Assembly: GCA_029953675.1 (NCBI GenBank)
Contig: JAMWBK010000007.1
Location: 2,108,001 to 2,172,000 of the forward strand
Origin: Rhodosorus marinus CCMP1338
Lineage: Eukaryota; Plantae; Rhodophyta
Direction: 5' to 3'
Length of the DNA: 64,000 nt
The notes under the pieces were generated by a model. The model was not told where the DNA came from and ran no database searches. It saw nothing but the letters and a program-made list of their open reading frames with translations. Shown piece by piece: positions 11,391-21,603 of this stretch. The number at the start of each line of letters is the position of its first letter. Position 1 is the stretch's first letter. The position numbers and the translations under genes were made by a program.

Positions 11391-11781
11391 ACCTCACAGA
11401 GTCCTCCCATGAGAAAAATATGGCCCATACTGTTCAGAGGAGCCCGGGGGGGTGGGGTGGGGAAGGGGAAGCAGCTTTTTCTTTTCACACTTGAGATGAC
11501 TAGTTCTTGTTCGATCCAAGATGATGCTTGAAAAGAGTTTCAAAACATTTGCCTTCATTGCCTTCATTGCCTTCACTGCCTCATTACCTCAATGAGAACC
11601 TCAAAAGTCCTCTCGTGGGCAAAAATATGACCCATTCTGTCCGGGGGAGCCTGCGGGGGAAGCAGTTTTTTCTTTTCACATTTGCGATAACTAGTTCTTT
11701 TTCGATCTAAGATGACGCTTGAAAAGAGTTTCAACACTTTTCAAGCCTTCATTGCCTTCATTGCCTGACTACCTGATTGAG
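11391..11781. repeat. Diverged two-unit tandem duplication (about 207 bp and 184 bp) with an internal GCCTTCATT 9-mer microsatellite and a hairpin
   Basis: Units start at 11391 (acctcacagagtcctc) and 11598 (acctcaaaagtcctc). Both share aaaaatatg.cccat.ctgt, ggggaagcag.ttttcttttcaca, actagttctt.ttcgatc.aagatga.gcttgaaaagag and 2-3 copies of gccttcatt. Confidence 0.9.
11446..11468 (+). other. Canonical G-quadruplex-forming motif (G7-T-G4-T-G4-AA-G4)
   Basis: gggggggtggggtggggaagggg read directly. Present only in unit 1 of the duplication. Confidence 0.55.
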
Positions 11782-12394
11782 GTAATGGCTTCATTTACGA
11801 TATTGAACAGACCACTAGGCCCAAAATGGTCTAATAGTATTAGTACAGTTCAGATCGTTTCTATGATTGGCTATCTCGGACTGGACTATGACCAATCATC
11901 TTTCGGTATTTCTTGCTCAACTGGGTTTGGCCGTCTGGCAAAGGGAGAGAATCCGTATCAAACTTAGAACAGAAAACATTTCGCGCCAAAAACAAGGAGT
12001 TTTGGAATTGACTGACGATCTTCATGTTGACTGCTTTATCTCTTTGGCGTAAATGTATTTGGCGTAAATGTATTTAGCGTTTTGGTTTGGATTTTGTGTT
12101 TAAGACCTTGATGCGCCTGCTATGGGACTATCGAAAGACGCTCTGTGATGGTTTTCCATGTTCAGCTTGTGCTGTTCAAATAATAAGATTTTAGACCTTT
12201 CCGTTTGCTCGATGGAGCACAGTGTAAAGTTCAGTCTGGCCTCACGACCAGTTGGGTTAGGTTGTCTGTTCGCACGAGGTTCTGATACGGTCAAAGAAAA
12301 AAAGAGCCTGGTTTGGTTTGAGCAGAGTGCTTGTTTGACTGGACTGCTAACAGATAGCTCTGAGCTCTCCTCCGCCGGAAAATCCTCAACACAA

Positions 12395-13000
12395 AAGGAT
12401 GAGTACACTTCTACCGTGTACATAACCCAACAACACAACCCCCGTTCTCAATTTTGATGTCAACACTGCATGTCTCTATTGCGAACTGACACAATGATAT
12501 GTATGTGGAGCCGCCACACGGCTGTGAGGACACGAAGGGACTTGTGTGCAAGTTGCGGCAGGGACTATACGGACTAAAGCAGTCTGCGAAGACCTGGCAC
12601 GACCAGCTAGCAAAAGACCTGCAGAATAAGGGTTCCGCAACTTACACACGAGTCCCTTCGCGTCCTCATAGCCGTGTGGAGTGGCGGCTATGAGGACGCG
12701 AAGGGACTTGTGGAAGGTAATAAGGGTTTCCAGGAGCTGAAGAAGGGCCCTTGTGCGTACATGAGACCGGGGGTTGTGTTGTTGGTTTGTGTAGACGACA
12801 TTCTCATCATGGGAGGGAAAAGCCCACCCGAGAGGCAAAGATGGATTTGGCAGAGCTGTATGAGATCCCGGATAGATCTCTATTCCCAGGTAATGGCGGG
12901 CCTCACCGAGATACTTAGTCGAGTTCCCGGTACGCGATCTACCGTATCTTCCACAAGACGGCGGCTCCAGGGTCGCCCACTCATGGAGGACTGCCAAAGA
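12395..13000. mobile_element. Degenerate, rearranged Ty1/Copia reverse transcriptase (RVT_2) remnant
   Basis: Plus strand: MYVEPPHG...VCKLRQGLYGLKQSAKTWHDQL and PCAY...VVLLVCVDDILIMG. Minus strand: KYLGEARHYLGIEI...RDLIQLCQ. Frameshifts, inversions and local duplications. Confidence 0.9.
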
Positions 13001-14090
13001 TCTTCTTGAGCTTTGAGCAGCAATCATTCTTAATCCAATAAATCAATATGATCTGGAAAAAATAAGCACGAATGTCGTAAATTTTGCTGGTATCCCGGAT
13101 AACATGCCCTTAATACACCATACCACTGATTGGATGAACGCTTACATCAAAATTCCGCGCCAGTAGATTTTGTCCAATCGTAGCATGGGAACCCTTGTGA
13201 TGTCCACTGATGGCTCAGGGCCGTTGCTGCCGGGCCACCGGCTAGGATAGTACATAGTAGCATGGTCGACCGAATGTACAACCAACCCCATCAAAGCGCG
13301 GAGTTGTTTGACAAGCCGCATCCAGTGGGGTTCTCAGTTACAGAACTGGACGACAAAAACCAATTCTGCTGTGACACAATTGCAGTTCTTTAGTTAGACA
13401 AGTCTTCAGTCATAGGACAACTGCTTTTTTCAGATCTAGAACTCATCTGAGGGCCTGGGTTGGTCCACTTCCAGGTCACCAACGGCAGACTCTCCTTCAA
13501 GCTGAGAAAGCTGAGCGCGTGTAAACAACGGGAGCGAGGATGTTCGTAGAAGATTGGCGCTTGAAAGGGGCAACAAGCACGCGGGAGGATCTTTAGGGCT
13601 CGTATTGCCGTAACTGTGGACAGACCTTCTTGCACGGCCCTCGATCGCGTCCACGGGCGAAGACTGCTGAACCACAATTTTTGTATCGACACCGTCCCTG
13701 AATCTAAGAGCGCGTCAAACGCCATCAACCCGCCAGGAGGATGGGGCCCAAGCGATCCTAAAGCGGACTGTAGTTGGTCTAGCTTTGCACCCTAGTTCGA
13801 TCCGGTCAGGGTCAACTAGTTTTCCTGCTGCAGACCGGCCTGCAGCCCAGCCCTGCCGGTTCGTTTGTCCTAGCTCTTGCTTCCTCAATTGCTAGTATTT
13901 GGCTAGACAGCTTAAGATCGGCATGACCTTTGGCGTCTATTTAGTCCTAAGCAAAGACCTACAAACTCATCCCATTGACCGGTTCTTCACGAGGACGTAC
14001 ATACGCACTCTGGCACGTGTCACGAGGTTAGTGAGGGCTACTTCTACGAGTTTGATCTCGCGCGCAGAACGTAGAGTAGACTAGGCCCAC
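13000..14090 (-). mobile_element. Degenerate Ty3/Gypsy-like gag-protease(-RT) remnant
   Basis: Minus strand: gag-like KLVEVALTNLVTRARVRMYVLVKN../WDEFV; a gag/pol-like junction GCAGGAAAACTAG (..QQEN* overlapping AGKLVDPDRI in the -1 frame); aspartic-protease-like AFDALLDSG; weak RT-like VLIFSRS near 13050. Many stops and frameshifts. Confidence 0.5.
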
Positions 14091-14157
14091 GAACTCGAGA
14101 TTGAGGTTGCCCGAAGCCACCCATTTGTGTTTCTGAGGAGCGGCTTGGTATAGAAAC

Positions 14158-14936
14158 ATGCCTCCGAAGGTGAAGAAATCGCATATCAAGGAGATCTTGA
14201 GATTGGCAGAATCTAAACATGTCAGGCTGCCTACAGATGAAGCTGGACGACTTGTAGCTGCGGCCAGGTACTATAAAGAACTGGTATGGAATTCCACGCT
14301 AATCGTTAATGCGCCTCAACTGCGTCCTGAGCTTATTGAATTGATCCATGCGATCGACTAGGGCGACAAGGAGAAAGCTGCAGATGCACTGCTGAAGCAG
14401 TTTGGGGTCAAGAAGGATTTCGTCAAGGACGAGCAGGAGCTCGCAAGAGATAAACTCCAAAAGGAGGAGGCGGAGCTGGAGGATGAGAAAGAGGACGCAG
14501 ATGGTGACCAAGAACAACCGAAGAAAAAGCGAGCAAAGCAGGAACCGGCGGCAGCCCATGTGACTGTAGAGAAGAATCGGCCTCTTACAGAATTGTTTCG
14601 CGAACTGGCAAAGTATGAGTTCGAAGAGGAAAATAGACAGAAAGGATTCGCGTATCAAAAGGTTGGATATGAAATCTGTGACCAAGGAGGAGCGCTGTAG
14701 TGCCTGGTGCCTTCTAAGGCATTGAAGGTCAAAAACCCAACCTAAGCAAGTCCCTCTTTGTATCTGACGTATGGCAGGTGGGTACCGCAATCGCGGAATG
14801 CGACTTTGAAGTAACCAGCGGAAAGGAGGCAATGACTCTGAAAGGTGTCGGTAAATCGAGCGGGAGCAAGATCGACGAGTATCTCACAACCGGCAAGATA
14901 GCGAAAATCGAAGAGGCGAGAAGAAGTCGTGAATAA
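14158..14936 (+). CDS. Stand-alone DNA polymerase beta N-terminal (8-kDa, HhH / dRP-lyase-like) domain protein, 194 aa, 3 exons (14158-14283, 14362-14661, 14778-14936)
   Basis: C-terminal 80 aa NRPLTELFRELAKYEFEEENRQKGFAYQKVGTAIAECDFEVTSGKEAMTLKGVGKSSGSKIDEYLTTGKIAKIEEARRSRE* align without gaps in the core to the Pol beta residue ~12-90 region. NLS-like PKKKRAK. Stop codon follows directly, so no polymerase domain. Confidence 0.82.
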
Positions 14937-15332
14937 GAGTTTACCACTACCAGCGGCTTCCTAAATCGATGCTGCGAGTCTGAAAGAGGTTCTAACGAAG
15001 CCCTGTAGGAACAATTGCGAAGACGCTTTACAAACCGAGCACCCCTCCGGGCAACAGGCAACCCCTCCGTTGGCCCCACGTGAGGTAGTCCGAAACAAAG
15101 CATTGTAAACGGGCCCGCTTGGACGTCGTCGAACCACAAGGAGGATATATTATCATCTCGGGTTTCGGGGCGTCATGAGGAGCATATCGTAGATACTGGT
15201 TCGCTCACACGGACCAGATTTAATGTACAGGGCACCATGCGAAGAAGCAAGTTAACTTTCCTATTTCCTCATGGGGTCGTATTCGACACCAGGTATGCGT
15301 TCGACTTTTGTGAAGTTGAGTACAAGCGTTGT

Positions 15333-18300
15333 TCATCCCTTCTTCTTTCTTCCTCGTCCCCTAACGCCGCCTCGACTGGATGCCGTAGAGCCGCCTCTCT
15401 TCTTTCCAGAGGCTTTTCCGGCCTTGACCATCTTGTCTCCTTTCAAGGTGTCGTCCTCCACTTCCTCTTCCGCATCTTGCTCCTCCTCATCCCCTTTCTC
15501 TACGATGACTTCATCGCCAGCCTCCACAACTTCTTTTGGAGCCGACCGTCCTGATTTCTTCATCTGGCGCACGAGAAAAGATGGTAACCTTTTAAGAACT
15601 TGCACGTGAACGTTGGAAGCCGAGTGTGCCTGGTAGCGCGGCGAATATCGGATGCATACCTGTGTCAACGACACGGTGGAGCTGACGTGATCACCGGACT
15701 GATAAGTTCGAGTGAAGGCGGACTTCACGGCGCTTGGAATACTGTCCTTCGGGTTTGACCTCTGCTGGACGGAGGTTAAATCCAATATTGTCTCCCAGTC
15801 CACATTTGAGAGGTAGTACCTGCGCAAGAACCAAGCGCAAACGAAGGTTCCAAAGCGTTTCATCCTTAATATCAGAAAACGTGAATATTGCATAGCCCTG
15901 TTGGTTCTCTGGTTATTAACTGACTCGTCTAGGAGGTCAATCACAGTTGGTACACCTTCCTTCCCATTCCGGATCAAGGGCAGGCTTAGGTGTGAACGAA
16001 GGCACGGTGCATAGTCAAGAAGCAAAAGCTTCCAGTCCGCGTTAACCCTGGTTTTGATGTGCATGTCAATCTCCTGAGCAAGTCTCACGGATTTTCTCTC
16101 AGACGACATTTTCCCAAGCCATGACGGAAAATTGGGTCTCCCCATTAGATGGGACTGAACAGTCGAGAACAAGCATGCGGGCAATCGTGTGAGAAATAGT
16201 CATCCTCGTTGAACATACTACAGTATGACTGCTGCGTCATGGCGTCGTTGTCCTTACGGCTAGAATGGAACCGGGGTAGACGCTGCTGAGCAATGCAATG
16301 GTCGGCATCAGGTCCCATCGGCTTGATTCCCTCAACTAAACGAGTAAACCGTGCAGGAACACAGAGGGCGTCAACAGCGGCAGGAAGAATGAACATGTGA
16401 ACTGCAGCCGGCTCGTTTGAAAACTGGCTTACCTGTTTATTCCCGATGTCGGCCATGGACATGAGGTCCGTCGCTTTCGCGAGCTTGTCAATGTCTTCCG
16501 ATGCGCTGAAGTGGACGTAGTTCTCTTGCACCATCAGTGGTACGAGGTCTGGATCCATGAAGTACTTGTCTAGCCTCTGGTAGATGTCAGCATTCTTCTG
16601 CCCGGGGTTTTTCGAAAGGAGCAAAGAGTTGATAAGCACAGGTGAAGCTCTTCAACGGTGTTTGTCAATAACCTAATTGAAGGACACCAGAGGCCTGGTC
16701 ATGCACACCTCGAAGAAGACTTTGAACAGATCAAAAATGGGCTGTTGCTGAAAGCTCTTGCCCTCAGATGACAAATAGTCCCTCGCTTCCGCCTGCGAAA
16801 CGCTCAGCTTTCGCGCCTGCCAACTCTGTTGTTGTGAAAAGGGGTTTCGGACAATGTCGAATCAGAGAACGCGGAGGACGAGACCGGCAACGATTACACA
16901 ACAAGCTCTGCGCTTACCTGCAACATGTTGACCATTTGACGAATATCTCCGTGGCATGCCTCGGCTACTTCATCTAATACTTCGGAGGATATATTTCTAA
17001 ATCCCTCCTGGTCGCAAATATACTTAAGGCGTCTCCTCACTTGGGATACCATTGGTCGTCGAAACTTGAGCTTGAAACAATGGTTGGCGAGAGATCGAAC
17101 CTGTCATTGCCGTACCCAAAATCTATCAGACTCCACTAGAACGGGTATCGAGAAAGCGCTGGCCAAGGTTCTGACCAATTTTCCCTACCTTCGGGTGGCC
17201 ATCATCATTGGCTATACAAATGATTGGAATTTTGGTGCTCTTGATTATACTGATGAGCTCTTGTACACCTCCACGATCTCCAGCAGACATGCCATCCACC
17301 TCGTCCATAATAACCACCTGCAAGTTGTTCGCAGGACATGATCAGACAATTCGGGGCGCCCGGCTGGCTTGAGCGCGTACACTTGCGGAAGAAACAAGGA
17401 GCTCACCTGACCATCTTTTCTGGGTGCTTTTGGAGAATCGTCTAAGCGAAGGTACTGTCCGATTGCTTCGTTCACCGCGAGTGATCCGATAATAGAAGCC
17501 ACAGACTTCTTGCTCCTCGTGTCGCTCGCGTTGAATTCCTGCGCTTCCATACCTACCTCTTTGCATGCCTGAGCAAGAGGACGAATCGTTTAAGACTCTT
17601 ACTGTGTTCGGGGATCCGAGCAACGCTAAACTCGAGATCATGGAAAATGATAACAAGCGACTCACCGCATATGCGAGCGAAGTTTTTCCTACTCCGGGGG
17701 GGCCTGCCAGCAGTACAGCCTAGCCACATCAACCAAGACAAGAAAGGTTTGGTTTGAGATCGATCATGTGCATGCTCGTCCGCATGGTCTCCGACCGATG
17801 AAAGCTTGTCAAAAAGTGCTCTTTGATCACTTCTTCCGGAGCGTGGGTCCGGAGAAACTTGGAGGTTTTTGCCACGCACCTTCTCCTGTCCTGGTGGCAA
17901 TTTCCCTTTCTTCGGACCGCTGTGCAAATGAATTGAGCGCCAGTTTCTCAGCCACTTGACGAGGTCCGAAGCATGCTTCGGGTTTGCGCAAAGATCAGAT
18001 ATCGTCTCCGGTTTGTACTTGTCTACCCACAGAGCCTCTGCCGATGGTACAAACGGCTGCAGACAATGACAAATGAAAACAGCCGGGATAAGTGGGAGGT
18101 ACGGGTCCTCAGAGAATCAGAGCGTGTCTCCCGATCTGTACCTCTCTCTTTATCGTTGGGAACGGTTCTCCATATTTAACCGGTTGCTGCTTCGCTTTCG
18201 AAACCTTCGAAGGAATGCTAGACGGCGCTTGTGCTGCGCGCCCTTTCCTCCTTCGTTTAATCTCGGTGACCTCTACTTCGTCAGAGTCAGAGCTGTCATC

Positions 18301-18680
18301 GCTTTCAGCCGCCTCCTTTTCTGCATATGTGGCGTCGTTCTCTTTCGGAACTCTCTTGTCATCGGCGACTGGACCACGTTGTGCAGCTCTTCGGGGCCGT
18401 TTCGAAACGGTGGTTGGGTCCTCGCCTTCCTCCACTGGGTTCGCCTGTTTCCGCTCCTTGAGGCCCTCCTTTTTGGTTCTGGAAGTAGAGCTTTTCCCGA
18501 AGAAATTTCGCAAGTCCTGCCGATCAAATCACTCAGTCAGTACACCCAGCGCAGGTCAAAGGCATTCGAGAAGATCGCGGAGAGGATCCACACGACTGTC
18601 TTATTACAGTCCGAAAAGGAGACGGAGTGTGCAACCTGCTAGTCAGAGAGCACGAAAACGAACCATGATCAACTCACCAT
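15333..18680 (-). CDS. RFC1: Replication factor C subunit 1 (multi-exon; first exon is only the ATG)
   Basis: ATG|GTGAGT...CAG|GAC gives MDLRNFFG. Motifs LWVDKYKP, Walker A AVLLAGPPGVGKTS, VIMDEVDGMSAGDRGGVQELISIIKSTKIPIICIAND, YFMDPDLVPLMVQENY, IPSAVKSAFTRTY, and an acidic/basic tail ending RGRGRKKKG*. Confidence 0.96.
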
Positions 18681-19576
18681 CCTGACCACTCCGAGACAAT
18701 AGCAGCAGCACAAAACCCTGGCCAACGCAAGCTACTACAACCTAGTTAGATTTCCAGGATCCACGACAGGAGACAATATGGACTCTCCCAATTACAAGCT
18801 ATCTATTCCATTTTTAACCCTGTTGTGCCACCATTATCGGCTGACGCTTGTCCTCCTACTTGTATGGGATCCAACTCATTCTGGTCAGGCACACGAAGAT
18901 CCAACCTCGAAGTCGGCAAAACTATTCTCACCCCGTTTTTAAGATACAATCAACATAAGATTTCATAATATGCTATGATGAATTAATTTGGTCATCAATC
19001 AATATTAGTGGAGAATAGCTCATGATTACTGGCTGAACTATATCGTATTTGGAGGGATTAATATTGATTGGTTTGTATGTGATTTTTTTCAATCTTTATC
19101 ATGTGAATTGGAATTGATTTTGGGCATCCTCCTGTAGCAGAATTGGTCCATTTGAGTCCTGGACTGTTTGCAAGCAACTCATGTTGAGTAGTGCTTCGAT
19201 GTCAGCACCGCACTAGATCGCTTCCGATGCATCTGTTTATGTACAGATCCCCAAGTTTGTCTTTACTTATGGGTTTTAGATCGGCTAACTTTCAGCTCAT
19301 GTGTGCTTGCTAGTAGCTCACACGCACCTTCACTCCGGACTATGGAAGAATCGAAATCTAATTGCCGTTCACTGACAGTCTCGTAACCCTAGCACTCATT
19401 TTCACGGGTACCGTTCTCGTCGGAGGGTGACTAGCTGCGGAGCGAGTCCCCATGTCCAAGTCCAGTAATTATCGCTGCGTTTTGTTCTCACGTATCGAGG
19501 CATTTCATTTCGAGGAGCACTGTGCAAGGACCCGAGTTTTGAACTTTTCCCGTCCGTAGACCCCTCCAAGTCGATC

Positions 19577-20338
19577 CTAGTTTGATCTCGCAAAAGTTGC
19601 TAGCTGCGAGATGGATTCCCTAATTTCTTCTATCAGGTCCAGCGGCTCGTCAAGATCTACATCCATGGTCTTGGAGAGCTCTGCAACCTGGCCTTTGTCA
19701 ACGTTGTTGAAGTATATCACCCTGTTGCTGAAAGCAATGTCAAGCAGTCTCTTCAGGGACACAGATATTTCTTCCTTTAGCTCTAGCGCTTTCTTTGAGT
19801 CCTTGCCGAATGTCTGCGCGACAGAGACAAAAAGGGATGAAGGCAGGAGGGTAAGACGTTCCGAGACCGACCTTTGTGTAGCTGTGAAGGGGGGCCCGCG
19901 ACAAACCTCGTCTATAACATGAACGACCTCGGGACTTTTTGAGCTCATCGACAGGAACATCAGCTCGCTTTTGATTGAGTTTCGGGCATCATCCCAGGCG
20001 AGCTTCTTTACCTGTTCCTTTATCTGGTCTAGCTTGGAGGGAGCAGAGCTTATTTCATCCAACACTTGTTTACTAGAAAACCGGATCTCGGAATCGATAT
20101 CCTTCGAATCCGTCGTATTCTTCCGCTCGGACCCTATAGGAGATCCCGATACCTTCTTCTTAGAACCCCCTTCCCTTCCATAGTAATCATCGATGGTCGG
20201 AACTGCCGCTAATCCTATTCCAGGTGTCAAACAGACCAAAGCAACGAGTACTGCCCTCTTGGAATCACAAACAACTTTTTCACACGGTTCACTCGCGAAG
20301 GACCGAAACTGAACACCCCAACAGAGCATCCTATCCAT
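19577..20338 (-). CDS. PsbQ-like thylakoid lumen protein with bipartite targeting sequence; probable stop-free 93-nt intron at 19814-19906
   Basis: N-terminus ..DSKRAVLVALVCLTPGIGLA-A (KR, hydrophobic stretch, small-residue cleavage site). LDQIKEQVKKLAWDDARNSIKSELMFL...KKALELKEEISVSLKRLLDIA resembles the PsbQ four-helix bundle. GTTTGT...pyrimidine tract...GCGCAG looks like an in-frame intron. Confidence 0.55.
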   Translation of the reverse strand: MDRMLCWGVQFRSFASEPCEKVVCDSKRAVLVALVCLTPGIGLAAVPTIDDYYGREGGSKKKVSGSPIGSERKNTTDSKDIDSEIRFSSKQVLDEISSAPSKLDQIKEQVKKLAWDDARNSIKSELMFLSMSSKSPEVVHVIDEVCRGPPFTATQRSVSERLTLLPSSLFVSVAQTFGKDSKKALELKEEISVSLKRLLDIAFSNRVIYFNNVDKGQVAELSKTMDVDLDEPLDLIEEIRESISQLATFARSN

Positions 20339-21603
20339 GACTTCTAATGCAGCACGCTTACATGACCTGTCGCGGACACTTCGCAGTGTTTAGCTTCTCG
20401 TGGTCTTCTGGAACAACCTCCCGGACTTGGGCTCGACAACCTGTCCTCCTCCGTCGAACCTCCCACGTCAGTCCCAGGATCGGACTGGTGACGATGTCCG
20501 CTGGGGATGGCTGGTGTCCTGGGAACGAGCAGTAGTTTGATACAGCGATTTGGTGTTAATTTTTTTCTGGTTGCAGAATAATGAAACCCATAGGTTGGAG
20601 TTTCTCCTTCCCTCCCCAGCCCTCCCAGACAGAATTGATGCTCAAGACGTATTTGGTCGGTGCTCGCCGCGGCTGACGTCGTGGAGGCAATGGGGGCACT
20701 CACAGCTCGGATTGATGGGGTTTCGTGGACCACGATAGTTCTCGAGCAAAGCGACAATGAAGGAAATCAAAGCTTCACATACAAGCAATGTAGGAATCTG
20801 CGAGAATTTGTCTAGTACATTGAGACAGTGCTTCGAGAGGCCGAAGGAGTTTCGCGAGGCTAAAAACTATCGATTACCCGATAGCTCTGATCCGATCGTT
20901 TTGTGCCTTCCATTGTTCAAATCGATGGTGAGAAATAAATGCGAGTCAGAGCTGAAGGAGATCGAGGGGACTGAGCTCTATCTCAGATGATCAGGCCTCG
21001 CGGTCAGATATGGGTTTTGTCGAGGTAATGCGATCCCAATCCCTTGAAGAACACAATTGGGCCCTGGAACGCATAATGATGAGCGTTAAAGCGAATCGGA
21101 TTGGCAGCAAGAGTTCCTTCCGCTTCTCAGACTACCGTTCAGAGGCCTCGGCGAAATTCAGACTGGAGCGAAATCCTTCTGTTCAAGTCGGGGCCCGTAC
21201 TTTAAAGGTATCGCGAGATTGAGCGGGAGAAGCCAGCAGTCAGCAGGTCGACACACGCCAGATCTGACTCGGACTTCCAGAATAAACCCAACGTCAACAC
21301 GCCCCTATCCTCAGGGACCGACCAAAGCCCAAGCGTCGTTGAGCTGTAGGCTGATTGTACCCTCATCCTAAATCACCTGACCCCTTGATTCAACCCGTTT
21401 TGTGCAGGTGGATAGCCTTGTTATGTCGTGATCAGGAGTTTGGTGAGCTACGCGGTAAGCGAACTAACGCGTAGTCCTCGTGCGAAGGCAGAACCGCCAG
21501 CGTGAGAAGAAGCTTTTCTCCCGAGCTCGCTGATGCCGATTCATAAGGGCACCTGATTTCTGATGAAATCTAGAATTTAAATACTTTAGCAAATCATCTA
21601 AGG

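Noticed and set aside
11394-11576. ORF starting MKAMKAMKA, reminiscent of dinoflagellate DVNP N-termini
   Set aside because: It is the translation of the 9-bp microsatellite. The rest has no DVNP similarity and unit 2 has a stop after MKAMKA.
12046-12075. Exact 15-bp direct repeat GGCGTAAATGTATTT x2
   Set aside because: Two adjacent copies with no spacer: a simple slippage duplication, not a CRISPR array or a target-site duplication.
14299-14832. 177-aa hydrophobic minus-strand ORF
   Set aside because: Antisense shadow of the E/K-rich exon of the Pol-beta-domain gene.
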